A stretch of DNA of 64,000 nt from Candidatus Margulisiibacteriota bacterium (GCA_018823125.1 JAHJIW010000010.1:26954-90953), one strand, 5' to 3'; shown: positions 41,046 to 52,211, counted from the stretch's first letter. The notes: a model not told the origin generated them from the sequence alone. Program-made: numbers and translations.

Positions 41046-43187
41046 TTAACTAATCACTATCTTTGAAAAATCAGCAAATTCAAAGTACATTTTTTCGAGG
41101 GTTTTCAGCAGAGCTAAACGATTGGTTTTTATTCTTTCGTCTTCATGCATTACTAAAATATCCACAAAAAACTTCTCAACCACCGGCGTAAATTTTGATA
41201 ATTCCTGGAGAGCCGCTTCAAATTCGCCTTTTTTGATTTTCTCCCCTACTTCCCAGTTAACTTTTAAATAAGCTTCGTACATTTTTTTCTCTGCATCTTC
41301 AATAAAGTCATGTTCGAGCACATTTTCTCTTTTGGCGTTTGCGGCCAGGCGTTTGATACGGTCGGCAGACTCTACCACCCCTTTAAACCATGGCGCATTA
41401 GCATGATGCTGCAGGGCATGGGCTTTTTTGCGGGCCGCCAAAATATCATTAAATTCATATAAAGCCGCTTCGGCCAGATCATGGCGGATGCCTTCTTCTT
41501 TTAATATGTTTTTCAAGCGGTCGGCTAAAAATCGCGAGACGTTCCTAATTACTTCATCTTCGGATTTGATTTCCTGCTTGCTTTTCTTAAGATCTTTGTG
41601 GATTTTAGAGTATTGTTTATATATCTTTTCTACCATTTCTTCTAAAGAAAGATCTAATTTCTTTTCTAAAATAATTTTTACAATTCCATGTGCCTGGCGG
41701 CGCATCCCAAACGGATCGTGTGATCCAGAAGGCTTAAGTCCCAAGCTAAAACAACCGGTTAACGAATCAAATTTATCCGCCAGAGCAATGATGGTTCCTT
41801 CGGATGAATGCGGAAGAATATCTCCGGAAAATCGGGGAAGATAATGCTCAGCAATTCCTTGCGCAATTGATTTTTCCTCACCGGAAAGAATTGCATATTC
41901 CCTTCCCATAATCCCCTGCAGGTCAGTAAACTCAAAAACCATCTGCGTGGTTAGATCCGCTTTACAAAGTTCGGCTACTCTTTGCGCGCGTTTGACCGTG
42001 TGTTCATCTAAATTAAAGGTTTTTCCAATAAATTTAGCTAGCTCAATCAGGCGGTCTTTTTTCTCAAAAAGATTGCCTAACCCCTTATAAAAAGCGATCT
42101 TTTCCAGATCCTTAACGCGGGAAGCCAGTGGCACTTTTTGATCTTCTTCAAAGAAGTAACGCGCATCCGAAAGCCGGGCAGAAATAACCCGTTCGTTTCC
42201 TTCGCGCAAGGTTTTAAGATTTGATCCAACTTTACAGTTGGTCACTACCACAAACTTATTAGTTAAGTGCCCTCTTTCGTCTACCACTGGGAAATATTTT
42301 TGATTTTTCTTCATCGAGGTAATTAAAACTTCGTTAGGAACTTTTAAGAAAGCAGTTTGGAAGGCCCCCACCAGAAAATCAGGAAATTCCACTAAATAGG
42401 TAACCTCTTCCAGTAATTTCTTGTCAATAATCGGCTTCAAAACCGTACTTTCAATAATTTTTTTCACTCCGGATACAATTCTTGACCTTCTTTCGCCCTG
42501 ATCAAGAATTACTCCCAATTTTCTTAAGTATGCCTGGTATGCTTTGATATCTTTCAGGGCACTAACCGGAACTTTTTTAAATGTATTTCCACTTATAAAA
42601 CGGTGGCCTTTTACCAGGTCTCCGGATTTAACTCCCGCTAATTCAAACTTTATAACTTTTCCCGCAAAGGCGGCTACCATCCAGTGGATGGGACGGATGA
42701 ATTTAAATTCCTCCTCTCCCCAGCGCATTGAAATGGGAAGATACAAAGCAGTAATAATTTTGGGAAAGATTTCTTTCAGAATTCTATCAGTGGTAGTTCC
42801 TTTTTTAGCATATTCGACAAATACATATTCGCGGCCATCCACTTCTCTGGTAGTGAGCATTGAAACGTCCACACCTACTTTATTAGCAAAACCAAGCGCC
42901 GCTTTAGTAGGATTACCAAGCTGATCAAAGGCAAATTCTTTGGGTGGACCTTTAGCCTCAACTTTTTCATCATTTTGGCGCGGAGCCAAGTTTTCGATAT
43001 ATAAAACTAAACGCCGCGGAGTACCATAAGTTGATAAAGAAGCATAAGTAAGCTTAAGTTCAACCAGTTCCTTTTCCATTAGCTCTTTTATATTCTTGAG
43101 CATTTCCGGAATAAATCTGGCCGGAATTTCTTCGGTGCCGATTTCTAGCATGGCATTGGTTATTTTAGGTTTGATTTTATTTGGCAT
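41046..43187 (-). CDS. glyS: glycine--tRNA ligase beta subunit
   Basis: [17 protein letters not shown]....FIRPIHW, NERV..ARL.DA, KADL.T.MV.EF..LQG, EHYLP, DPF..RR. Confidence 0.96.
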   Translation of the reverse strand: MPNKIKPKITNAMLEIGTEEIPARFIPEMLKNIKELMEKELVELKLTYASLSTYGTPRRLVLYIENLAPRQNDEKVEAKGPPKEFAFDQLGNPTKAALGFANKVGVDVSMLTTREVDGREYVFVEYAKKGTTTDRILKEIFPKIITALYLPISMRWGEEEFKFIRPIHWMVAAFAGKVIKFELAGVKSGDLVKGHRFISGNTFKKVPVSALKDIKAYQAYLRKLGVILDQGERRSRIVSGVKKIIESTVLKPIIDKKLLEEVTYLVEFPDFLVGAFQTAFLKVPNEVLITSMKKNQKYFPVVDERGHLTNKFVVVTNCKVGSNLKTLREGNERVISARLSDARYFFEEDQKVPLASRVKDLEKIAFYKGLGNLFEKKDRLIELAKFIGKTFNLDEHTVKRAQRVAELCKADLTTQMVFEFTDLQGIMGREYAILSGEEKSIAQGIAEHYLPRFSGDILPHSSEGTIIALADKFDSLTGCFSLGLKPSGSHDPFGMRRQAHGIVKIILEKKLDLSLEEMVEKIYKQYSKIHKDLKKSKQEIKSEDEVIRNVSRFLADRLKNILKEEGIRHDLAEAALYEFNDILAARKKAHALQHHANAPWFKGVVESADRIKRLAANAKRENVLEHDFIEDAEKKMYEAYLKVNWEVGEKIKKGEFEAALQELSKFTPVVEKFFVDILVMHEDERIKTNRLALLKTLEKMYFEFADFSKIVIS

Positions 43188-44079
43188 TATTTTTCCCATT
43201 AATCAACGGATAACCCATCTCTTCCCGTTGTTCCAAATACAATCTTGCACAATCACGGGCTAATTTTCGGATCCGCCCAATATAAGCTTGTCGCTCGGTA
43301 ACTGAAATTGCACCTCTGGCATCCAGTTGATTAAATAAATGCGAACATTTTAAAGTGTAATCGTAAGCCGGCAGCACTAACTTGTGGCTGATTTGATCTT
43401 TGGCTTCTTTTTCGCAGATTCCAAATAAAAGTGAAAGCGCCTCAATATTGGCGGTTTCAAAATTATATTTTGAATGTTCTCTCTCCCCTACTAAATGAAT
43501 ATCGCCGTATTTAATGCCTTTAGTCCACTCAATATCATAAACACTATCTTTCTTTTGAATGAACATGGCGATGCGCTCTAGACCGTAAGTTAGCTCCACA
43601 CTAACCGGTTTACAGTCGAAACCACCGCATTGCTGAAAATAAGTAAACTGGGTAATTTCCATATTTTCGGCCCAGACTTCCCATCCCACACCCCACGCCC
43701 CCAACGTTGGTGATTCCCAGTTATCTTCTACAAAACGCACGTCGTGTTTAGCCGGATCAATCCCCAAATACTTTAAACTGTCCAGATAAACTTCCTGAAT
43801 ATTTTTAGGAGAAGGTTTCATGATGACCTGATACTGATAGTAATGAAAAAGGCGGTTAGGATTTTCTCCGTAGCGTCCGTCGGTAGGACGGCGTACCGGT
43901 TCAACATAAGCGACGTTAAAGGGTTCGGGGCCCAGTGCTCTAAAAAATGTGGCGGGCTGCATGGTTCCGGCGCCTTTTTCTAAATCGTAGGGCTGCTGGA
44001 TGATACATCCGTGCTGAGCCCAAAAGTGAGTTAGTTTTTCAATAATCTGCTGGAAAGACAACGGTTTATTTTTTGGCAT
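43177..44079 (-). CDS. glyQ: glycine--tRNA ligase alpha subunit
   Basis: [43 protein letters not shown]. Confidence 0.98.
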   Translation of the reverse strand: MPKNKPLSFQQIIEKLTHFWAQHGCIIQQPYDLEKGAGTMQPATFFRALGPEPFNVAYVEPVRRPTDGRYGENPNRLFHYYQYQVIMKPSPKNIQEVYLDSLKYLGIDPAKHDVRFVEDNWESPTLGAWGVGWEVWAENMEITQFTYFQQCGGFDCKPVSVELTYGLERIAMFIQKKDSVYDIEWTKGIKYGDIHLVGEREHSKYNFETANIEALSLLFGICEKEAKDQISHKLVLPAYDYTLKCSHLFNQLDARGAISVTERQAYIGRIRKLARDCARLYLEQREEMGYPLINGKNNAK

Positions 44080-44119
44080 TACCGGGAAATATTAACATGC
44101 AGAAAATTTATAAACAAGT

Positions 44120-45631
44120 TTAAAACGTATAAACAAAAGCGGATCCGGCATCTGCTTTATCATTAATCGTGGCGAGCGGCGCTCCAATTATAATATCGTC
44201 TTTACCGTCGCCATTGACATCCCCGGCTCCGGCCACCGCCGAACCAAATCTCCCCCCCGCCACCGTACCATTGATTTGATACCGCAGCGCCCCGTGTGCG
44301 CCAGAACATACCCGGACCGCACCGGCACCTTTTACATTATCGGGCGAATCATTGGATAATCCAATAATAAAATCATTATAGCCATCACCGTTAACGTCTC
44401 CCGCTCCGGCCAGCGCATAACCAAATAAATCTTCTTCGGCTTCTCCGTCTAATCGATAGAGTAATTTTCCATTAATACCCGAATATGCGTATACCGAACC
44501 CGCGGCGCGTAAATCTCTGGGCGATGCAATGGGTGCTCCCACGGCAAAATCAGCGTAACCATCTTTGTTTACATCTCCGATCCCGGCTACCGCAGAACCA
44601 AAACGATTTTCTTCACCCTCGCCATTTAACTGATAAAGCAGTGCTCCGTCCGCACCCGAAAATACATAAGCCGCTCCGGTATTTTTTACTCCGGACAAAC
44701 TAGCATAGGGTGCTCCGGCAATAAAATCTCCCCGACCGTCACCGTTGATATCCCCCACTCCGGCAACCGCAGTTCCCAGCTGCCCACCATCATCAATCCC
44801 CCCCACCTGATAAAGCAATGCTCCGTTGGCTCCCGAAAATAAAGTTACTACTCCGTTCCAGTTTTTTCCTCCGGAACTAGCCCGCCGTGAACCGACAATA
44901 AAATCATCAATTCCATCCCCGTTAGTGTCTGGCACACTGGCAACCGCTACTCCAAATTGTTCTTCTGCTTCAAATCCATTTTTTTGATACAGAAGTGTAC
45001 CATTCACTCCGGAGTAAACATAAACCGATCCGGCATTTTTTAATCCTCCGGGAGAGGCCTGAGCTGCTCCAACGATAAAATCATCCCGGTCATCGCCGTT
45101 GATATCCTTAATCCCGGCACAGGAACGGCCAAACTGATCATCTTCGGCCTGGCCGAATTTTTGCTGCAGCAAGGCTCCGTTCAATCCTGAATAAACGTAA
45201 ACCGAACCTTTATAATTATCAAATTTATACGCACCTACCATGAAATCCGTATACCCGTCTCCGTTAACATCAATATTACCTGCCACTGCATAACCGAATA
45301 AATTATAGGCCGCCTCCCCATCTTTTTGATAAAGGAGCGCACCGCCGGGAGCAAAAGAAGTAGAGGTATCAGCAGTTACGGTACCAGAACTTAAAATTTC
45401 TGCTTTTAGATTTTGCGCGCGGACCAATTCTTTGCGTTTGATAGTAAGCAGCTCAGTAACTTTTTTGGATTGTTTTTTCTTTCTGGCAGCGGCAATTTTG
45501 TTATCTAACAATTTGATGTATTTTCTTACTTTGTCCAGTTCGGCTTTTTTTTCGGCTACTCCCGCAAAAGCCACCCCAATCGCTAAACTAATAAAAATCA
45601 GCAGGAGCAGGTATTTAAAAACTTTTTTCAT
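44120..45631 (-). CDS. exported FG-GAP (integrin-alpha-like) seven-bladed beta-propeller protein with N-terminal helical module
   Basis: Signal peptide; seven FG/LG...DxNxDG..D..vGA repeats; K/E-rich helical residues 27-79. Confidence 0.88.
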   Translation of the reverse strand: MKKVFKYLLLLIFISLAIGVAFAGVAEKKAELDKVRKYIKLLDNKIAAARKKKQSKKVTELLTIKRKELVRAQNLKAEILSSGTVTADTSTSFAPGGALLYQKDGEAAYNLFGYAVAGNIDVNGDGYTDFMVGAYKFDNYKGSVYVYSGLNGALLQQKFGQAEDDQFGRSCAGIKDINGDDRDDFIVGAAQASPGGLKNAGSVYVYSGVNGTLLYQKNGFEAEEQFGVAVASVPDTNGDGIDDFIVGSRRASSGGKNWNGVVTLFSGANGALLYQVGGIDDGGQLGTAVAGVGDINGDGRGDFIAGAPYASLSGVKNTGAAYVFSGADGALLYQLNGEGEENRFGSAVAGIGDVNKDGYADFAVGAPIASPRDLRAAGSVYAYSGINGKLLYRLDGEAEEDLFGYALAGAGDVNGDGYNDFIIGLSNDSPDNVKGAGAVRVCSGAHGALRYQINGTVAGGRFGSAVAGAGDVNGDGKDDIIIGAPLATINDKADAGSAFVYTF

Positions 45632-45637
45632 ATTTAA

Positions 45638-46354
45638 TTATAATTTATAAACTATTTCGGCGATGGCTCCGGTAGCGGTCCCGTATCCAACCTGAACGCC
45701 AAAGTTTTCAACTTGTCTTCCAATAATTAAACTAATATCAGTATGACTGCCTTGGGCCACATTACCGGAAAGACCTAAAACATTGCCTACGGTCTGGGAA
45801 TAGGAAGCCATCCCTACACCAACGCCAACATAATTTTCACCAAAAGGTCGAAATATACTTATTTTTGCCATGGGAACTGTGTATTGATTGCCAATATAGT
45901 ATCTGCCATCAAAAGTTAAACTAAAAATATCCGAAAGCGGAACAACATAACCCACGCCAATCGCTCCTCCACCACAACCATAACCACCCAAAACCGAAAA
46001 ACCTTGGCCCCAAAAAGATTTCGGCTGCTCTGGTGCAACATAAGGTTCGGCAATTATCTCCTCAATTATTACATCTTTAACTTCAATGGGCTCAGCGCCC
46101 CCATCTTCCAGATATTCAATTTCTTCTTTCAGGGATTTAGCTCGTGCTAAATTAGTTTTTTTAATTTTTTGCAGGTTGAGCACTCGGGCTTTATCCCCTT
46201 TGGATCTGGCAAATTTAATTTTATTATCTAAAAGTTGGATATATTTTTTTACTTTGGCTAATTCCTGCTTCTTTTCGGGTAGCTCCGCAAAACTTATTCC
46301 GCAAAAAACTATTAAAACCAATAAAACCAAAAAACTCAGTGCAAACTTTTTCAT
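45638..46354 (-). CDS. exported protein: shared helical module plus probable small beta-barrel
   Basis: Signal peptide (SFA); residues 27-79 match the neighbour; Gly/aromatic alternating strands ending EIVYKL; GAGGAGG SD. Confidence 0.7.
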   Translation of the reverse strand: MKKFALSFLVLLVLIVFCGISFAELPEKKQELAKVKKYIQLLDNKIKFARSKGDKARVLNLQKIKKTNLARAKSLKEEIEYLEDGGAEPIEVKDVIIEEIIAEPYVAPEQPKSFWGQGFSVLGGYGCGGGAIGVGYVVPLSDIFSLTFDGRYYIGNQYTVPMAKISIFRPFGENYVGVGVGMASYSQTVGNVLGLSGNVAQGSHTDISLIIGRQVENFGVQVGYGTATGAIAEIVYKL

Positions 46355-46371
46355 TTTATATCCTCCTCAAC

Positions 46372-47757
46372 TTAATTGACTGAACGCGCATATTTTATGG
46401 TGCGATTGGTTTCATCGTAGTAAGTAATATGTACAATACCGCTCAAATCCACCGCAATGGATGTATATTCTCCTACTTGAGCGGCAGCATCAGCTACCAT
46501 CGTAGACCACCCTTTTGCGTCTTTTACCGCATACATCAATCTTTCATTAGTAAAGTCATAATAACTAATATGAATCATTCCGGTTGAAGTAACCGCAATC
46601 GATGTGTAACCTCCAGCGTTATCGGCTGAATCATCAATTGTTAGCGTAACCCAACTGCCTGAAGAATTAGTGGCATATTTCAGGTCCCCATTAGTTGAGT
46701 CATAATAACTGATATGTGCATTGCCACTTGAATCCAACGCAATAGAAGTATACTGTCCAACATTATCTTTACTATCCACTGCAGTAGTTGTCCACCCACT
46801 CCAATTACCGGTTGCATACATCAGATTACCACTAATAAAATGATAATAACTAATGTGAATATCATCACCTGAATCTATCGCCGAATCACAATCATTGCCT
46901 TCCAGACTGGTAGCTACAATATTTTGGGTTTCCCAGGTGCCGGAAGTATTGCGGGCATGTTTTATTGCCAATGCAGTCTGGTCCCAATAAGTAATATGTG
47001 GCTTACTGCCAGAATCAAAGTGCAAAGAAACATCCGTCATGTTTCCTGAATTATCAACAATTGTTTGGCCCCAAGTTCCACCAGATTTATCAGAGTACTC
47101 AAGATCACCGGTTATGGATCTAACCGAAGCTATGTAAGGAACGGTCCCCAAAAGTGCAATGGAAGTACTTCGGGTTCCTCCGGTATCAGACCAGACTTGT
47201 ACCGGCACCCATGTTCCAGTTAAGTTAGTGTTATACCGCAACCCACCCGGAGAAGTATATTGCCCATAACTAACGTGAAGGAATTGGCTAGAATCAAGCG
47301 CAATTGACGTGCCGTAGCCACACCACTCTCCGAGAACAGAATCAATACTAAACGTTTCAAAAGAAGTGGGTTGAGTAGTGAAGCTCCAGGTGTGATCACT
47401 ATTCAGCGTACTAGCACCATCAGCAGATTTAACTCCGGCATGAACCGTGGCAGTATAAGTTACATTTCTTTCTAAATTTGCACTCGGTGTAAAAGTTGCC
47501 ACAAAACTAGCTGAATTATAAGTAATCGTGCCCGAAACCGATCCTTCCGGTGAAGCGACGGTAAAAGTAGCCGTGGTAATGGTTGAAGCATCCATATTGA
47601 TACTGAATTCTGCAGAAATCGTGGTTCCCAGCCAAACCCCGGCCGCCCCATCCAACGGAAAAACATCGTTGATCAAAAGCGAAGAGATTACCCTACCACA
47701 CCCGATCATAAAAATTAACAACATTATGCCAAAAATTATTAAAAATGCTCTTTTCAT
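46372..47757 (-). CDS. surface lipoprotein: Ig-like (Big_5/SbsA) domain plus seven-repeat beta-propeller
   Basis: FMIG-C lipobox; P.DGA..V..FS..MD..T...ATFTP...L....YT..V...WSFTT; seven TSIA.D...HI.Y...L.YA...W repeats; start ATG 47757 after GGGAGG. Confidence 0.82.
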   Translation of the reverse strand: MKRAFLIIFGIMLLIFMIGCGRVISSLLINDVFPLDGAAGVWLGTTISAEFSINMDASTITTATFTVASPEGSVSGTITYNSASFVATFTPSANLERNVTYTATVHAGVKSADGASTLNSDHTWSFTTQPTSFETFSIDSVLGEWCGYGTSIALDSSQFLHVSYGQYTSPGGLRYNTNLTGTWVPVQVWSDTGGTRSTSIALLGTVPYIASVRSITGDLEYSDKSGGTWGQTIVDNSGNMTDVSLHFDSGSKPHITYWDQTALAIKHARNTSGTWETQNIVATSLEGNDCDSAIDSGDDIHISYYHFISGNLMYATGNWSGWTTTAVDSKDNVGQYTSIALDSSGNAHISYYDSTNGDLKYATNSSGSWVTLTIDDSADNAGGYTSIAVTSTGMIHISYYDFTNERLMYAVKDAKGWSTMVADAAAQVGEYTSIAVDLSGIVHITYYDETNRTIKYARSVN

Positions 47758-47867
47758 ATTATTTCCTCCCAGTATTGCCAAAATATTAACACGCTCAATT
47801 TTAAGAAGCAAGAAACATATATAGTTTCTATTGCCTTACACTATTCTTATATAGTAAACTATACCAC

Positions 47868-48881
47868 GTGATAAAAACAGCAATAAAAAAGGTACTAGAT
47901 AACCAAAATTTAACTAAAGAAGAAGCCGAACTTACCATGAACTTTATCATGGACGGAAATGCCACCCCTTCACAGATTTCGGCTCTTTTAATTGCCCTGC
48001 GCTGCAAAGGCGAATCGATTGAAGAAATCACCGGATTTGCCTCTTCCATGCGTGAGCATGCTACCAAAATATTCCCGAAAGAAAAAAATCTGGTAGATAC
48101 CTGCGGAACCGGGGGCGACGTCTCCGGCTCTTTTAATATTTCAACGGTTGCCGCATTTGTGGCTGCTGGCGCAGGAGTAAGAGTAGCCAAACACGGCAAT
48201 CGTTCGGTTTCTTCTAAATGCGGCAGCGCCGACCTACTAGAAGCTTTGGGAGTAAAAATTGATATTCCACCCCAAAAAGTGGAAGAGTGTATTAACGAAG
48301 TTGGCATCGGATTTATTTATGCGCCAAAATTCCACGGCGCCATGAAACACGCCATGCCGACCAGGCGAGAAATCGGGATCAGAACCGTATTTAACATTTT
48401 GGGCCCGATCACTAACCCTGCCGGCGCCAAACACCAAATCTTAGGAGTATTTTCCGAAAAATTAACCGAAACCATGGCCAACGTTCTAAAAAACCTGGGT
48501 GCCACCGAAGCCATGATTGTACACGGCATGGATGGCCTGGATGAAATCTCCATTTCTGATAAAACTAAAGTCTCGCACCTGAAAAATGGCAAGATCAAAA
48601 ACTATTTTATTAAACCCGAAGATCTTAAACTTAAAAAATACCCTCACCAGGAAATTTTAGGCGGGTCAGTAGAAGAAAACAAAAATATTGCCACCCAAAT
48701 ATTAAACGGAACTGAAAAAGGAGCCAAAAGAGCCATTACCCTTATCAATGCGGCCGCTGCCATTTTAGTTTCGGGATTAGCTAAAGATTTAAAGCAAGCC
48801 AAGGATTTAGCCGAACGCGCAATCGATACCGGAGATGCGCTGGAAAAATTAAATAAAATGATAGGATTTACCAATGGATAA
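47868..48881 (+). CDS. trpD: anthranilate phosphoribosyltransferase
   Basis: DTCGTGGD, NIST, KHGNRSVSSKCGSAD, RTVFNILGP, GLDE. Confidence 0.96.
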   Translation: MIKTAIKKVLDNQNLTKEEAELTMNFIMDGNATPSQISALLIALRCKGESIEEITGFASSMREHATKIFPKEKNLVDTCGTGGDVSGSFNISTVAAFVAAGAGVRVAKHGNRSVSSKCGSADLLEALGVKIDIPPQKVEECINEVGIGFIYAPKFHGAMKHAMPTRREIGIRTVFNILGPITNPAGAKHQILGVFSEKLTETMANVLKNLGATEAMIVHGMDGLDEISISDKTKVSHLKNGKIKNYFIKPEDLKLKKYPHQEILGGSVEENKNIATQILNGTEKGAKRAITLINAAAAILVSGLAKDLKQAKDLAERAIDTGDALEKLNKMIGFTNG

Positions 48882-49617
48882 ATTTGAACCCGGCATCAGA
48901 ATCAGAACCGATAAATTAGTAAAATATTACAAAGACAAACTAGCCGTGGATAAAATCAGCCTGGAAGTAGCCCGCGGGGAAATTGTGGGAGTGCTGGGCC
49001 CCAACGGCGCCGGTAAAACCACTACTTTCTACATGGTCGTCGGACTCATTCAGCCAAACTCCGGAAAAGTATTCATGGGCGATCGCGAAATCACCCACTT
49101 CCCCATGCATCGCAGATCACAAATGGGAATTGGCTACCTGCCCCAAGAACCTTCTATTTTCAGAAAATTGTCGGTAGAAGAAAATATTAAAATCCTTTGG
49201 GAATTGAATCCAAATATCAAGAAATCAGATTACGAATCTCTTCTGGTGAAATTATTAGACGAACTAGGCGTAACGCACTTAAGAAAACAAAAAGCCTATA
49301 CCCTATCCGGCGGCGAACAACGCCGGGTGGAAATCGCGAGAGCTTTAGCTACCAATCCCGCATTTCTTCTGTTAGACGAACCTTTTACCGGTATCGATCC
49401 TAAAACGGTAACCGAATTGCAAGGAATCATCCGACAATTAAAAGATAAAGGATTAGGTATTTTAATTACTGATCATAACGTCAGAGAAACACTCGCCATT
49501 ACCGATCACGCTTACATTGTGCACGAAGGAAAAATCTTACTCTCCGGAAAATCCGAAGAAATCGCTAATAACGAAGAAGCTAAGAAATTCTATCTGGGAG
49601 ATCGTTTTTCGCTTTAA
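48874..49617 (+). CDS. lptB: LPS export ABC transporter ATPase
   Basis: GPNGAGKTTTFYM, GYLPQEPSIFRKL, LSGGE.RRVEIAR, LLDEPF.GIDP, TDHNVRETL, YLG. Confidence 0.95.
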   Translation: MDKFEPGIRIRTDKLVKYYKDKLAVDKISLEVARGEIVGVLGPNGAGKTTTFYMVVGLIQPNSGKVFMGDREITHFPMHRRSQMGIGYLPQEPSIFRKLSVEENIKILWELNPNIKKSDYESLLVKLLDELGVTHLRKQKAYTLSGGEQRRVEIARALATNPAFLLLDEPFTGIDPKTVTELQGIIRQLKDKGLGILITDHNVRETLAITDHAYIVHEGKILLSGKSEEIANNEEAKKFYLGDRFSL

Positions 49618-49632
49618 AGTCTGGACGTAATT

Positions 49633-50724
49633 ATGCTGAAAATTATTGACCGCTACATACTTAAAGAACTGATCGATCCTTTTCTTTTTGGCTTAGGATC
49701 TTTTACCGCGGTTTTATCTGCTTCGGTTAGTTTATTTGGCTTAGTCCAAGCCGTAATCATCAAAGGTATGCCGCTTTGGGTTGCGGTTCAAATCTACCTT
49801 TACGAATTACCGGGAACCATGGTGTACATTTTCCCCATGGCCACACTTTTGGCCGCTCTTTTGGCCTTTGCCCGCCTTTCCGGCAACAGCGAAATTATTG
49901 CTTTCCGGGCATCCGGTATCAGTTTATACCGCATCATCATCCCGGTGATGGCGTTGGGCCTGGCAATCAGCTTAACCGCTTTAGTCTTTCAAGAAATTGT
50001 GGTTCCCGAATCAAATCAGGCCGCCAAAAATCTATTAGTAGAAACCGCTTCCAAGCACACGCCTCAAATAAAAGAAAACGTTTTTGTTCCCGAGCTAAAA
50101 AACGGCGAATTAAAACGTATTTTTTATGCACGGCGCATGGAAGGCAGCGTCATGGAAGGCGTCATTGTTCAAGAATTCACCGACGGTAGTTTGAGTCAAA
50201 TCATTAATGCCAACCAAGCTTCCTGGCAAGGCCAGCGCGACCAGTGGCTTTTTAAAAACGGAGTAATTTACCTCTTAACCGAAAGCGGCGAATACAAACA
50301 TCTGATTAAATTTAAGGAGCAATACATTTCAATCAAGTATACCCCCGCCGACTTTTACGTCGGAGACAAAAATCCCGAAGAAATGACCTTTGCCGACTTA
50401 AGAGAATACATTGCCCTCAAGGAAAGAATGGGAGCCGACGTTACGGATTTAAAAATTCAGCTAAACATGAAACTGGCGATCCCCTTTGCCAGCTTGGTTT
50501 TTGTGTTAATCGGAGCTCCGCTCGGTCTTTTTCCCAAAAGAGCTTCTTCTTCGATTGGTTTTGGCCTTTCGATCATCGTGATCTTTGCTTATTACATTCT
50601 GATGTTTGTCAGTATGTCCTTCGGAGAATTGAAGGTTTTGCCGCCGGTAGTGGCCGCCTGGTTACCCAATATTATTACCGGTGGTTTTGGATTTTATTTA
50701 CTAAGTAAAAAGGCCAGCACTTAA
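49633..50724 (+). CDS. LptF/LptG family LPS export permease
   Basis: IIDRYIL, RLSGNSEIIAFRASGISL, KLAIPFA, AAWLPN; follows lptB. Confidence 0.9.
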   Translation: MLKIIDRYILKELIDPFLFGLGSFTAVLSASVSLFGLVQAVIIKGMPLWVAVQIYLYELPGTMVYIFPMATLLAALLAFARLSGNSEIIAFRASGISLYRIIIPVMALGLAISLTALVFQEIVVPESNQAAKNLLVETASKHTPQIKENVFVPELKNGELKRIFYARRMEGSVMEGVIVQEFTDGSLSQIINANQASWQGQRDQWLFKNGVIYLLTESGEYKHLIKFKEQYISIKYTPADFYVGDKNPEEMTFADLREYIALKERMGADVTDLKIQLNMKLAIPFASLVFVLIGAPLGLFPKRASSSIGFGLSIIVIFAYYILMFVSMSFGELKVLPPVVAAWLPNIITGGFGFYLLSKKAST

Positions 50725-50725
50725 A

Positions 50726-51793
50726 ATGTTAAATTTTGGAATTAAAATTGTTTTGCTGTTGCTGATAGTGTCAGGATCGATTGCCTACATCGGCGACCTC
50801 CTGGGCCGCACCGTGGGCCGCAAAAGATTAACGTTGTTTGGCCTGCGACCCCGCTATACTGCCATTTTCTTTACCATCGCTTCCGGCATACTAATTGCAA
50901 TTATAACCTTATCGTTTTTACTAGTAATTTCTAACGATGCCAAAACCGCTTTTTTTGGATTAGAAAAACTGCAAAATGAAATCCAGGAAAAATCTACCCT
51001 GCTGAACCAAAAAACTATTGAACTCAACCAAAAAACCGCGGACCTCGACAAATTAAAAACCGATTCAGAAGCCATCAAAGAGGATCTCGAATCAAAAATC
51101 AAACAACGGGATGAAGTGCAGAAAAAATTAGTGGCTTCGCGCAATGAAGTAGCTCAGCTTCAATCCACCAAAGAAAAACTGACCCAAGAAATCCTAAAAA
51201 CCCGCAAGGGCACCATTCTTTTTCGGGTGGGCGAGCCCATCATTTCAGCTACCGTCAAAGGCGGAGAAAAACCCGCGGCAACCTTAAACAATTTAATAAC
51301 CCTTGCAGACCGAAACTATAAAAGCTTAGGGATCGAATCCACCGAAAGCCTGATCGTAGTTGACCCCGCAAACCTGCAGGAAGCTACCGAAGTTTTATCC
51401 GGTATTTCAGATAACCTATTAGTTAAATTTTTAGCTACCCGTAACGTTATTTTCGGTGAAAAAATTCCGGTAGTCATCAAGCTCTATAAAAACGAACTGC
51501 TCTACAAAAAAGGAGCAACGGTGGCGGTTAAAGAAATTGACGGCAGCCTCTCCCGCGAAAAAATTGAAGATGACATCAAGAAATTATTGGCAGAGGTACA
51601 CGTTAAAGCAATCGAAAAAGGGATTCAACCCGATCCCAGCGGCTCGATTGGCGAAGTAACTTATGCCGAAATTTATAAACTCTCTAACAAAATTAAACTT
51701 TATAATAAAAAAGTAGAACTAACCGCCCAGGCCGCCAACGACACTTATACCTTGGGTCCGCTAAACATTGAATTTAAACTAAAATACAAGTAA
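50726..51793 (+). CDS. DUF3084 domain membrane coiled-coil protein
   Basis: IAYIGD.LG..VG.KRLTLFGLRPRYTA N-terminal motif followed by a long coiled coil. Confidence 0.8.
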   Translation: MLNFGIKIVLLLLIVSGSIAYIGDLLGRTVGRKRLTLFGLRPRYTAIFFTIASGILIAIITLSFLLVISNDAKTAFFGLEKLQNEIQEKSTLLNQKTIELNQKTADLDKLKTDSEAIKEDLESKIKQRDEVQKKLVASRNEVAQLQSTKEKLTQEILKTRKGTILFRVGEPIISATVKGGEKPAATLNNLITLADRNYKSLGIESTESLIVVDPANLQEATEVLSGISDNLLVKFLATRNVIFGEKIPVVIKLYKNELLYKKGATVAVKEIDGSLSREKIEDDIKKLLAEVHVKAIEKGIQPDPSGSIGEVTYAEIYKLSNKIKLYNKKVELTAQAANDTYTLGPLNIEFKLKYK

Positions 51794-51803
51794 AATAAAA
51801 TTT

Positions 51804-52211
51804 ATGCCAGATAAAATATTTTTAAGTGTTGATCCCGGTCGCGATAAATGCGGCCTGGCCGTAATCAAAGATTCACGGGTGGTCCTCGAGCGCAAAGTAG
51901 TTACCTTTGCCGATTTTACCCTCGAAGTTTTGGGCATGCTTTCTAAACACGGTATTGCTTCAATTATTATTGGCGCCGGAACCGGCAGTCGAGAAATTCA
52001 AAAGACCCTGCTCAAGCTGGACCTTAAATGTAATTTAATTTTTGTGCCTGAAAAAGACACATCGCAGCTGGCCCGCCAAAGATACTGGGAAGAAAACAAG
52101 CCCAAAGGACTATGGAAGGTGATTCCTACGTCACTGCGCACCCCACCCCACCCTTACGATGATCTAGCGGCCGTAATTTTGGCCGAGAAGTTTCTATCGG
52201 ACAAAAATTAA
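51804..52211 (+). CDS. YqgF/RuvX-like RNase H-fold nuclease (cyanobacterial/Negativicutes type)
   Basis: VDPGRDKCGLAV, IIGAGT.S, E..TS..AR.RYW, P.DD.AA..LA. Confidence 0.8.
   Translation: MPDKIFLSVDPGRDKCGLAVIKDSRVVLERKVVTFADFTLEVLGMLSKHGIASIIIGAGTGSREIQKTLLKLDLKCNLIFVPEKDTSQLARQRYWEENKPKGLWKVIPTSLRTPPHPYDDLAAVILAEKFLSDKN

Noticed and set aside
44120..47400. Periodic DNA similarity suggesting a repeat array or CRISPR
   Set aside because: Explained by degenerate protein-level propeller repeats; no identical repeats with unique spacers and no cas genes.
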